Assembly: GCF_035554825.1 (NCBI RefSeq)
Contig: NZ_DATMHS010000103.1
Location: forward strand, 8,377 to 72,376
Length of the DNA: 64,000 bases
Source of the DNA: Ramlibacter sp.
GTDB lineage: Bacteria; Pseudomonadota; Gammaproteobacteria; Burkholderiales; Burkholderiaceae_C
Direction of reading: 5' to 3'
Each line of letters begins with the position of its first letter. The stretch's first letter is position 1. The translations under genes were made by a program, and so were the position numbers. The notes below the pieces were generated by a model. The model worked only from the letters and a program-made list of their open reading frames with translations, was not told where the DNA came from and searched no databases. Below, piece by piece: positions 56,650-64,000 of the stretch.

Positions 56650-56773
56650 TTGAACGCAGAGGCCGCAAAGAGGACGCAAAGGACGCAGAGAAATCCCCGC
56701 ATCGGTTTGCCACCGCCCTCGTCTCCCGTCTCCTCTGCGTTCGCTGCGTCTCCTCTGCGCCCTCTGCGTTCAA
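56650..56773. repeat. REP-like composite palindrome built from GACGCA(G/A)AG sub-repeats
   Basis: The left arm, 56650-56692 (ttgaacgcagaggccgcaaagaggacgcaaaggacgcagagaa), pairs with the reverse complement of 56729-56773 at 35/43 positions. The outer 13 nt, ttgaacgcagagg / cctctgcgttcaa, match perfectly. The spacer is 36 nt. Confidence 0.75.
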
Positions 56774-56820
56774 GGAGCGCATCGGATGCGAGGGTGCAGC
56801 TCAAGGCGGGAAACGCGACG

Positions 56821-57243
56821 CTACACCCGCCCGCACACGGCCGCCGTGGCGGCGAGGTCGACCAGCAGCGCCAGCGACACGGCGCCCGACAACGAATACG
56901 GGTCGAGCTCGGGCCGTTCCGAGTATTTCAGCAGCTGGGTGTGATTGGACTTGGAGATGTTGACCTGCCCCATGCTCCAGCCGCCGAAGCGCCGCTCCAG
57001 GATTTCCTCGTAGTGCAGCAGCGTCACGTCGCGATGCCGGGCGTCGCGCACGATGTCGCCGTACAGCTGGTTCACCTGCTCGCGGCCGCCCTCGATGCAC
57101 TGCAGGAAGATGCCGCCGCCGTGGCAGAGCACGCCGGTGATGCCGTGGGCCGGGTTGTGCTCGCGCGATTGCGCCAGGATCGATTCGATGGCCTCCGGGC
57201 TGGCATCCACCGCCCGGCTGGCATAGAGCAGTCGCACCAACAT
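56821..57243 (-). CDS. Short BLUF-domain blue-light photoreceptor
   Basis: Internal ATG 57241-57243. 140-aa product begins MLVRLLYASRA...HNPAHGITGVLCHGGGIFLQCIEG...FGGWSMG. The photocycle residues are all present (Y7, N30, Q48, W89, M91). Confidence 0.88.
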   Translation of the reverse strand: MLVRLLYASRAVDASPEAIESILAQSREHNPAHGITGVLCHGGGIFLQCIEGGREQVNQLYGDIVRDARHRDVTLLHYEEILERRFGGWSMGQVNISKSNHTQLLKYSERPELDPYSLSGAVSLALLVDLAATAAVCGRV

Positions 57244-57245
57244 GG

Positions 57246-57980
57246 CTAGTCCTTCCGCGGCACCAGGGCCAGGAATTCGCGGCGCAGGGCCGGGTCCTTC
57301 AGGAACACGCCGCGCATGACGGAGGTGAGCATCCTGGCGTCCATGTCCTTCACGCCCCGCCAGGCCATGCAGTAGTGGCTCGCTTCCATCACCAGCGCCA
57401 GCCCGTCGGGCTGGGTCTTTTCCATGATCAGGTCGGCCAGCTGCACCACCGCCTCTTCCTGGATCTGCGGCCGCCCCATCACCCACTCGGCCAGCCGCGC
57501 GTACTTGGACAGGCCGATCACGTTGGTGTGCTCGTTGGGCATCACGCCGATCCAGAGCTTGCCGATCACCGGGCAGAAGTGGTGGCTGCAGGCGCTGCGC
57601 ACCGCGATCGGGCCGACGATCATCAGCTCGTTGAGGTGCTCCGCGTTCGGAAACTCGGTGATCGTCGGCGGCTTCACGTACCGGCCCCGGAACACCTCGC
57701 TCACGTACATCTTGGCGACCCGGCGGGCGGTGTCGGCGGTGTTGTGGTCGCTTTCGGTGTCGATCACCAGGCTGTCGAGCACGCCCTTCATCTTGGACTC
57801 GACTTCCTGCTGCAGCGCCTCCAGCTCGCCCGGTTCCAGGAACGCGGCGATGTTGTCGTTCGCATGGAAGCGCTTGCGCGCCGCCAGGATGCGCTGCCGG
57901 ATCTTCACCGACACCGGGGTCCCGGCGTCGGGGTTGGATGCGTCGGATGCGTCCATGGAGTGTTCGGCCTTCATCAGCAT
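57246..57980 (-). CDS. folE: GTP cyclohydrolase I (FolE type IA)
   Basis: Motifs: TARRVAKMYVSEVFRG, SACSHHFCPV, VIGLSKYARLAEWVMGRPQIQEE, HYCMAWRGV. The start is ambiguous among ATGs at 57980, 57974 and 57956. Confidence 0.9.
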   Translation of the reverse strand: MLMKAEHSMDASDASNPDAGTPVSVKIRQRILAARKRFHANDNIAAFLEPGELEALQQEVESKMKGVLDSLVIDTESDHNTADTARRVAKMYVSEVFRGRYVKPPTITEFPNAEHLNELMIVGPIAVRSACSHHFCPVIGKLWIGVMPNEHTNVIGLSKYARLAEWVMGRPQIQEEAVVQLADLIMEKTQPDGLALVMEASHYCMAWRGVKDMDARMLTSVMRGVFLKDPALRREFLALVPRKD

Positions 57981-58047
57981 GCCAAATGCTAACACCGGGG
58001 CCCGGACGCGGCGGCCGCCCGGCCCGGCCGCCACGACGGCGCAGCGG

Positions 58048-59772
58048 CTATGCGCCCAACAGCGCCTCCAGGTCCTGCAGCGTGTTGGCCTCGTGCAGCG
58101 GCTTGTCGAAGCGGATGCGCAACATGCGCGGGAAGCGCACGGCGATGCCGCTCTTGTGCCGCCCGCTGCGGTTGATGCCTTCGAAGCCCAGCTCGAACAC
58201 CAGCGACGGCCGCAGGCTGCGCACCGGACCGAACTTTTCCACCGTGCTCTTGCGGATGATCGCGTCCACCTGCCGGAATTCCTCGTCCGTCAGCCCGGAA
58301 TAGGCCTTCGCGAAGGGCACCAGTTGCAGGCTGCCCGGGACGGCCGGTTCCTTGCGGCCGATCGCCCCGAGCACCGCCTCCACCTCGTCCTTGTCCGCCG
58401 GCGGCCGGTTCCAGACGGCGAAGGTGTAGTCGGTGTAGACCGAGGCGCGGCGGCCGTGGCCGGGCTGCGCGTACACCAGCACGCAATCGATCGTCATCGG
58501 GTCGATCTTCCACTTCCACCACAGGCCCTCGGCCTTGGTGCGGCCGGTTCCGTAGGCCGCATCGATCCGCTTGAGCATGAAGCCCTCGACCCCCAGCTCG
58601 CGCGAGCGCTCGCGCCGCTGCGCGAAGGCGAGCCAGGAAGCCGCCGTCTCCAGCGGCGACAGCTTCAGCCGGGTGGGCGCCAGCAGCGCTTCCAGGCGGA
58701 CGCGCCGCTCGCGCTGCGGCAGCGCCCGCACATCCTGGCCGTCCTGTTCCAGCAGGTCGTACGCCATGAAGGTGACCGGCGCCTCCGCCAGCACCTTCCG
58801 GCTCAGGTTCTTGCGGCCGATGCGCTGCTGCAGCAGGGCGAACGGCGCCGGCCGGCCGATCCAGGTGCCGGCCGGCTCGGCCGGCTCGTCCTGCCACACC
58901 AGGATCTCGCCGTCGAGCACCGTGCCGTCCGGCAGGCTCTGCGCCAGTTCGACGATTTCCGGGAAGCGCTCGGTCACCAGCTCCTCGCCGCGCGACCAGA
59001 CCCACACCCGCCCGGCCCGCTTGATCACCTGGCCGCGGATGCCGTCGTATTTCCACTCCACCTGCCATTCGCCGACGTCGCCCAGGCGCGACGCGAATAC
59101 TTCCGGCGGCGCGTCGAGCTGGTGGGCCAGGAAGAAGGGATAGGGCTGGCCCTCGTCCTGCGGACCGGGCGCGCCGGCCCCGGCGGCGGCGACCAGGCTC
59201 AGGTAGCGTTCCGGCGTCGGCATCACCTTGCCGTCGGTGTACCCCATCATCCGTTGCGCCACCTGCTTGGCGTCGACCGCGGCATGCGCGGCCAGCGCGC
59301 GCTGCACCAGCAGCTTGCTCACGCCGACGCGAAAGCCGCCGCCGATCAATTTGGTCAGCAGAAAGCGCTCCTGCATGTCGAGCTCGCGCCAGTAGGAGGT
59401 CACCCGCTCGGCGATCTGCGCCTCGCTCGCGCCGCGCAGCGGCAGCAGCCGTTCCTCCACCCAGGCCGCCAGGCCCAGGTCGGTCACCTCGTTGCCGCGC
59501 GGCAGCACCAGCGCGATGGTCTCGGCGAGGTCGCCCACGGCCTGGTAGCACTCGTCGAACAGCCAGCCGGGGATGCCGGCGACCTGGCAGGCCAGCTGCG
59601 ACAGGAAGCCCATGGGCACCACCTGGCGCGGCTTGCCGCCGGCCAGGAAGTAGACCGCCCAGGCCGCGTCGGCCGCCGGCGCCTGGGCGAAGTAGCGCTG
59701 CAGCGCGTCGAGCTTGGCGTTGGTCGACGTGGTCGCATCGAGTTCGGCAAACAGCTGCGAGAAGCGCTTCAT
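58048..59772 (-). CDS. ATP-dependent DNA ligase of the ligase-associated DNA damage response set
   Basis: Internal ATG 59770-59772 (MKRFSQLFAELDATTSTNAKLDAL...). Adenylation motif EWKYDGIRGQ. OB-fold domain. 4-nt overlap with the upstream exonuclease gene. Confidence 0.9.
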   Translation of the reverse strand: MKRFSQLFAELDATTSTNAKLDALQRYFAQAPAADAAWAVYFLAGGKPRQVVPMGFLSQLACQVAGIPGWLFDECYQAVGDLAETIALVLPRGNEVTDLGLAAWVEERLLPLRGASEAQIAERVTSYWRELDMQERFLLTKLIGGGFRVGVSKLLVQRALAAHAAVDAKQVAQRMMGYTDGKVMPTPERYLSLVAAAGAGAPGPQDEGQPYPFFLAHQLDAPPEVFASRLGDVGEWQVEWKYDGIRGQVIKRAGRVWVWSRGEELVTERFPEIVELAQSLPDGTVLDGEILVWQDEPAEPAGTWIGRPAPFALLQQRIGRKNLSRKVLAEAPVTFMAYDLLEQDGQDVRALPQRERRVRLEALLAPTRLKLSPLETAASWLAFAQRRERSRELGVEGFMLKRIDAAYGTGRTKAEGLWWKWKIDPMTIDCVLVYAQPGHGRRASVYTDYTFAVWNRPPADKDEVEAVLGAIGRKEPAVPGSLQLVPFAKAYSGLTDEEFRQVDAIIRKSTVEKFGPVRSLRPSLVFELGFEGINRSGRHKSGIAVRFPRMLRIRFDKPLHEANTLQDLEALLGA

Positions 59773-60803
59773 GCGGCGTCGGGCTCCTGGGCGTCGGCCT
59801 CGACGGCGTCGCCGCCGTATTCGGTCTCGAACAACTCGCCGCGCAAGCCGTGCTCGCCGAGAAAGCGCGCCAGCACCGGTCCGCTGCCGTGCGTGACGAT
59901 GATCCGCTGCGCGCCGGTCGCGTCGATGGCGGCGAGCAGCCCCGGCCAGTCGGCGTGGTCGGACAGCGCGAAGCCGCGGTCCCAGCCGCCACGCCGGCGG
60001 GTGCCGCGCACCTGCATCCAGCCGCTGGCGAAGGCCGTGCTGGCGTCGCCGAAGCGGCGCAGCCACGGGCTGGCGGCGGCGCTGGGCGGGCACACGACGA
60101 GCGCCCGCCGCAGGTCTGCCTTGTCCTTCACCTCGGTCACGTGCAGCGTGTCGGGCAGCGCCACGCCGGCGGCCCGGTACGCGTCGTTGAGCGGCTGCAC
60201 GGCGCCGTGCACCACGATCGGGCCGATCGACGGGTCGACGCCGCTCAGGATGCGCTGGGCCTTGCCGAAGCTGTAGCAGGCCAGCACGCTGGCGCGGCCG
60301 GCCAGCACGTTGCGGCTCCACCAGTCGTTGATGTCGGCGAACAGCTCGTCGTCCGGGCACCAGCGGTAGATCGGCAGGCCGAAGGTGGATTCGGTGATGA
60401 ACACGTCGCAGCGCACCGCCTCGAACGGCGCGCAGGTGGGGTCGGGCGCCACCTTGTAGTCGCCGCTGGCCACCCACACCCGGCCGCGATGCTCCAGCCG
60501 CACCTGCGCCGAACCGAGCACGTGGCCGGCCGGGTGCAGCGAGAGCGTGACGCCGTGGTGCACGACCCGCTCGCCATAGGGCAGCGTCTGCAGCGCGATG
60601 TCGCCCAGCCGGGCACGCAGCACCGGTTCGCCCGCGCGCGAGGCCAGGTAGCTGCCGTGGCCCACGCGCGCGTGGTCCGAGTGGGCATGGGTGATCACGG
60701 CGCGCGGCACCGGCCGCCACGGATCGATGAAGAAATCGCCGGCGGGGCAATAGAGCCCCTCGGGCCGCTGGACGATCAGGTCCTCGGTCGGTTCCACGGC
60801 CAC
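59769..60803 (-). CDS. Ligase-associated DNA damage response exonuclease (metallo-beta-lactamase/beta-CASP fold)
   Basis: In-frame GTG 60801-60803 (VAVEPTEDLIVQRPEGLYCPAGDFFIDPW). Motifs: ITHAHSDHA, HPAGHVLGSAQ, LSDHADW. Confidence 0.85.
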   Translation of the reverse strand: MAVEPTEDLIVQRPEGLYCPAGDFFIDPWRPVPRAVITHAHSDHARVGHGSYLASRAGEPVLRARLGDIALQTLPYGERVVHHGVTLSLHPAGHVLGSAQVRLEHRGRVWVASGDYKVAPDPTCAPFEAVRCDVFITESTFGLPIYRWCPDDELFADINDWWSRNVLAGRASVLACYSFGKAQRILSGVDPSIGPIVVHGAVQPLNDAYRAAGVALPDTLHVTEVKDKADLRRALVVCPPSAAASPWLRRFGDASTAFASGWMQVRGTRRRGGWDRGFALSDHADWPGLLAAIDATGAQRIIVTHGSGPVLARFLGEHGLRGELFETEYGGDAVEADAQEPDAA

Positions 60804-60808
60804 CGCAG

Positions 60809-62029
60809 CTACAGGTACTTCTTGCCCTGGATCACCAGCGCCAGGCGCATCAGCGCCAGCGCGACGTGCTCCATGAAGCGCTGGCGCAGCGGCCGCCGGC
60901 CGTATTCGTCGGCGCTCATGGCGCGCCCCTCCTGGCGGATCGCCACCATGAGCCGCTGGCGCAGTTGTTCGGCGAACGGCCGGTCCTCGACCACCACGTT
61001 GGCCTCGCGCGCCAGCAGCAGGCTCAGCGGATCGAGGTTGGACGAGCCCACCGTGGACCAGCGGCCGTCGATCACCGCCACCTTCGCGTGCAGGAAGCTG
61101 GGCGAGTACTCGTGGATCTCGACGCCGGCGCGCAGCAGGGCGCCGTAGACCGGCCGCGCCGCGTAGTACTGCATGAAGTACTCGTAGCGCCCCTGCAGCA
61201 GCAAGCGCACCTTGACGCCACGCCCGGCCGCCGCGATCAGCGCCAGCCGCATCTTGCGGCCGGGCACGAAGTAGGCGTTGGCGATGATGATCTCCTCGCG
61301 CGCGCGGCCGATCGCCCGCCGGTAGGCCCGTTCGATGCGCGCGCGGTTGCGCAGGTTGTCGCGCAGCAGCAGCGCCGCCCTGGCCCGCGGCTGCGAATGG
61401 CCGGACGGGTAGCGCTTGCGCCGCGCGCGGCCGCCCTGGGAGGCGCGCAGCGCGTCCAGCGCGACCCCCAGCCTGGCCTGCCGGATGTCGCGCACCGCCT
61501 GCATGCGCCACCATAGGCGGCCCATGCTGGCCTCGGCCTCGGCCACCAGCGGCCCGGTGACGCGCACCGCGAAGTCCAGCCGGGGCGCCGCCAGCGGCCC
61601 GTGGTTCGGGTCGTGGAGGTCGTCCAGGATGTTGATGCCGCCGCAGAACGCCACGGCGCCGTCGACGACGCACAGCTTGCGATGCAGCCGCCGCCAGCTG
61701 CCGAGCCACAGCATGCCCAGCCAGCCGAGCGGCGCATAGACGCGCCAGCCGACCCCGGCGCGGTGCAGGCGCTCGCGCTGCCCGGCGCCGAGCGGCGGCG
61801 TGCCGAACCCGTCGACCACCACCTTCACGCTCACGCCGCGCTCGCCGGCGCGCAGCAGGGCGGCGACCACCAGTTCGGCCGAGCCCGTGAAATCGAAGAT
61901 ATAGGTCTCCAGCCGCACCTCGCGCTGGGCGGCGTCGATCGCCTCCACCAGCGCCGGGAACAGTTCGCCGCTGCCCTGGAGCAGCTGCACCTCGTGGCCG
62001 CTGCGGGGAGAGGAGGTGGCGTGCGACAT
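60809..62029 (-). CDS. clsB: Phospholipase-D-family cardiolipin synthase (ClsB-like)
   Basis: Internal ATG 62027-62029 (MSHATSSPRSGHEVQLLQG...). Two HKD motifs: HRKLCVVDGAVAFCGGINI and HAKVAVIDGRWSTVGSSNLD. Confidence 0.8.
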   Translation of the reverse strand: MSHATSSPRSGHEVQLLQGSGELFPALVEAIDAAQREVRLETYIFDFTGSAELVVAALLRAGERGVSVKVVVDGFGTPPLGAGQRERLHRAGVGWRVYAPLGWLGMLWLGSWRRLHRKLCVVDGAVAFCGGINILDDLHDPNHGPLAAPRLDFAVRVTGPLVAEAEASMGRLWWRMQAVRDIRQARLGVALDALRASQGGRARRKRYPSGHSQPRARAALLLRDNLRNRARIERAYRRAIGRAREEIIIANAYFVPGRKMRLALIAAAGRGVKVRLLLQGRYEYFMQYYAARPVYGALLRAGVEIHEYSPSFLHAKVAVIDGRWSTVGSSNLDPLSLLLAREANVVVEDRPFAEQLRQRLMVAIRQEGRAMSADEYGRRPLRQRFMEHVALALMRLALVIQGKKYL

Positions 62030-62037
62030 GGCCGCGC

Positions 62038-62766
62038 CTAGAGCTTGAACTCCGCGATCAGTGGCAGGTGGTCGGACATGCGCCACCAGATGCGGCCGCG
62101 CGGCACGTGCACGCCGACCGGCTTGACGCCGCGCGCATACACGTAGTCCAGTTGCGTCAGCGGCAGCCGCGAGGGGTAGGTCAGCACCCGCTCGCCGTGG
62201 AAGTCGCGCAGGCCCAGCTGGCCCATCGCCGGCCGCAGCTTGCCGCCCCAATCGTTCAGATCGCCGGCGACCACCACCGGCGCCCGGCGCGGCACTTCGC
62301 GCTCGATGAACTGCCCCAGCTGCTCCACCTGGCGCACCCGGCTGCCGGCGATGAGACCCAGGTGCAGCACGATGACGTGCACCGTCTGGTTGTGCGCCCG
62401 CACCTCCACGTGCAGCAGGCCGCGCTGCTCGAAACGGTGGTCCGACATGTCCTCGTGGCCGTGCGACACGACCGGCCAGCGCGAGAGCAAGGCGTTGCCG
62501 TGCTCGCCGTGCCGGGTGGTGGCATTGGTCTGGTACACCGCCTGGTAGCCTTCGGGGCACAGGAACTCGGCCTGCGGCAGCGCGGGCCAGCGGGTGAAGT
62601 AGCGCTCCTCGCGCCGGTGCAGCTTGCGCACTTCCTGCAGGCACACCACGTCGGCATCGAGCTGCTCCACCGCGTGTCCCAGGTTGTGGATCTCCAGCCG
62701 GCGCGCCGGGCCGACGCCCTGCACGCCCTTGTGGATGTTGTAGGTGGCCACGCGCAGCAAGGGCAT
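62038..62766 (-). CDS. Endonuclease/exonuclease/phosphatase-family protein (YbhP-like)
   Basis: Internal ATG 62764-62766 (MPLLRVATYNIHKGV...). Motifs: DVVCLQEV, GDLNDW, SDHLPLIAEF. The pairing with a ClsB-like gene matches E. coli ybhP-clsB. Confidence 0.8.
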   Translation of the reverse strand: MPLLRVATYNIHKGVQGVGPARRLEIHNLGHAVEQLDADVVCLQEVRKLHRREERYFTRWPALPQAEFLCPEGYQAVYQTNATTRHGEHGNALLSRWPVVSHGHEDMSDHRFEQRGLLHVEVRAHNQTVHVIVLHLGLIAGSRVRQVEQLGQFIEREVPRRAPVVVAGDLNDWGGKLRPAMGQLGLRDFHGERVLTYPSRLPLTQLDYVYARGVKPVGVHVPRGRIWWRMSDHLPLIAEFKL

Positions 62767-62833
62767 CGTCAGCGGCCCTCCCCTGCCCCCGCGGGTCGGG
62801 TCAGCGGCAGTGGCGGGCGGATGGTGCGCGAAC

Positions 62834-63298
62834 TCATCGCGCAAATTGTGGCAGCAACAGGATCGCTTCGGCGTTGGACGGCGAGAAGCACGCGTCGGCC
62901 GCCGCGCGCCAAGGTAACCAGCGGTATCCCGTGTGTTCGCGCGGATTGAGCGTCACCGGCGTTCCGGCCGGCACGCACAGGCCGAACACGTGCTCGCTGT
63001 TGCGGGTGACGCCAGGCGCGTAGCGATGCAGCCACCGCGGATAGATGTCGTAGACGTTCTCCAGCGCCCAGTCGACCAGCCCGCGCTGCAGCGGCGTGCC
63101 CGGCGCGCAATCGATCCCGGTCTCCTCGAACACCTCGCGCGCCGCGGTCTCGGCCAGCGGCTCGTCCGCGCGGTCCTTGCTGCCGGTGACGGACTGCCAG
63201 AAATCGGGCGCGTCGGCCCGATTGATGAGCAGCACGTCGAGCTGGGGCGTGTGGATCACCACCAGGACCGACTCGGGGATCTTGAAGGGACGTGGCAT
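62834..63298 (-). CDS. nudB: Dihydroneopterin triphosphate diphosphatase (NUDIX)
   Basis: Internal ATG 63296-63298. Motifs: DAPDFWQSVTGS, REVFEETG (Nudix box), HRYAPGVTRNSEHVF. These closely mirror E. coli NudB motifs. Confidence 0.85.
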   Translation of the reverse strand: MPRPFKIPESVLVVIHTPQLDVLLINRADAPDFWQSVTGSKDRADEPLAETAAREVFEETGIDCAPGTPLQRGLVDWALENVYDIYPRWLHRYAPGVTRNSEHVFGLCVPAGTPVTLNPREHTGYRWLPWRAAADACFSPSNAEAILLLPQFAR

Positions 63299-63352
63299 CA
63301 ATGACGAAAGGGCGCCGCAGCGCCCTTTCATTCTGCCGCACCGGCGGCTGCC

Positions 63353-64000
63353 TCAGGCCGCGGGTTGCGGATTGCGCAGGCGGATGTGCAGCTCGCGCAG
63401 CTGCTTTTCGTCGACCGGGCTCGGCGCCTGCGTCAGCAGGTCCTGCGCGCGCTGGGTCTTCGGGAACGCGATCACGTCGCGCAGCGATTCGGCGCCGGTC
63501 ATCAGCATCACGAAGCGATCCAGGCCGATCGCGATGCCGCCGTGCGGCGGCGCGCCGTACTGCAGCGCGTCCAGCAGGAACCCGAACTTGGCCTGCGCTT
63601 CCTCCGGGCCGATCTTCAGGGCGCGGAACACCTTGCTCTGCACGTCCTCGCGGTGGATCCGCACCGAACCGCCGCCCAGCTCGATGCCGTTGAGCACCGC
63701 GTCGTAGGCCTTGGCGACGCAGCGGCCGGGATCGCTTTCCAGCCAGTCCTCGTGGCCGTCCTTGGGCGAGGTGAAGGGGTGGTGCACGGCATTCCAGCGC
63801 TGGCCGTCCTCGTCGAACTCGAACATCGGGAAGTCGATCACCCACAGCGGCTTCCACTCGCCCTCGATCAGGCCGTGGCTCTTGCCGAATTCGCTGTGGC
63901 CGACCTTCACCCGCAGCGCGCCGATCGCGTCGTTGACGACCTTCTGCTTGTCGGCGCCGAAGAAGATCAGGTCGCCGTTGACGGCGCCGGTGCGCTGCAC
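63353..64000 (-). CDS. aspS: Aspartate--tRNA ligase, C-terminal 215 codons (gene continues beyond the right edge)
   Basis: Motifs: [56 protein letters not shown] (class II motif 3). Confidence 0.92.
   Translation of the reverse strand: MQRTGAVNGDLIFFGADKQKVVNDAIGALRVKVGHSEFGKSHGLIEGEWKPLWVIDFPMFEFDEDGQRWNAVHHPFTSPKDGHEDWLESDPGRCVAKAYDAVLNGIELGGGSVRIHREDVQSKVFRALKIGPEEAQAKFGFLLDALQYGAPPHGGIAIGLDRFVMLMTGAESLRDVIAFPKTQRAQDLLTQAPSPVDEKQLRELHIRLRNPQPAA

Noticed and set aside
56613-57249. Short ORFs across the REP-like element (56613..56804, 56632..57249, 56476..56679) giving peptides such as RRGRRGDAANAEETGDEGGGK and LCVLCVLFAASAF.
   Set aside because: They are translations of the palindromic repeat arms in different frames. 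They have no ribosome-binding sites, and the composition is dictated by the repeat.

Overview
Very GC-rich chromosomal window of roughly 68-72% GC, judged by eye. Gene content and local synteny look betaproteobacterial (Burkholderiales-like); that is inference only. I support about 60 protein genes. I recognised no rRNA, tRNA, CRISPR array, transposase, integrase or prophage genes.

Layout, left to right:
(1) 1-9.8 kb: two formate dehydrogenase systems. One is a Tat-exported FdnG-type enzyme (partial) with its accessory set: TAT-target peptide, TorD-like chaperone, poly-ferredoxin, DUF3306 and DUF3305. The other is a cytoplasmic NAD-linked two-subunit enzyme, an alpha subunit plus a fused NuoE-NuoF-like beta subunit.
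(2) 9.9-15.4 kb: a frameshifted DASS anion transporter, apbC and metG.
(3) 15.4-22.6 kb: a six-gene hydrogenase-4-like membrane complex. Its large subunit lacks all four Ni-Fe cysteine ligands, which makes it an Ehr-type complex of unknown function.
(4) 22.7-28.5 kb: housekeeping genes (BamE-like lipoprotein, scpA, nadB, nadA, nadC, a thioredoxin-like protein).
(5) 28.5-31.6 kb: a sensor kinase with two periplasmic heme-c motifs plus a sigma-54 activator.
(6) 31.8-36.5 kb: housekeeping genes (S41 protease, gpmA, rhodanese, grxC, secB, gpsA).
(7) 36.6-39.8 kb: an operon behind a near-consensus sigma-54 promoter. It encodes two receiver proteins (one membrane-tethered with a duplicated PFVGL module), a nine-heme cytochrome c and a cytochrome b, an arrangement like a split Geobacter CbcL.
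(8) 40-45 kb: moeB, an amidase and asmA.
(9) 45.6-52 kb: an envelope/stress cluster (CHASE3 kinase, LuxR regulator, orphan receiver, DUF1328, DUF883, YqjE-like protein, BON lipoproteins, Zn-peptidase).
(10) 52-64 kb: a ligase-associated DNA-damage-response set (helicase, ligase, exonuclease) interrupted by DUF429, a quinone oxidoreductase, a REP-like palindrome, and a BLUF photoreceptor gene that follows folE by 2 nt. After that come clsB-like, EEP, nudB and a partial aspS.

The best candidates for an under-described system are the Ehr-type complex and the heme-sensor / sigma-54 / CbcL-like redox module.

All calls rest on my own reading of the ORF translations and the DNA. No database search was possible.
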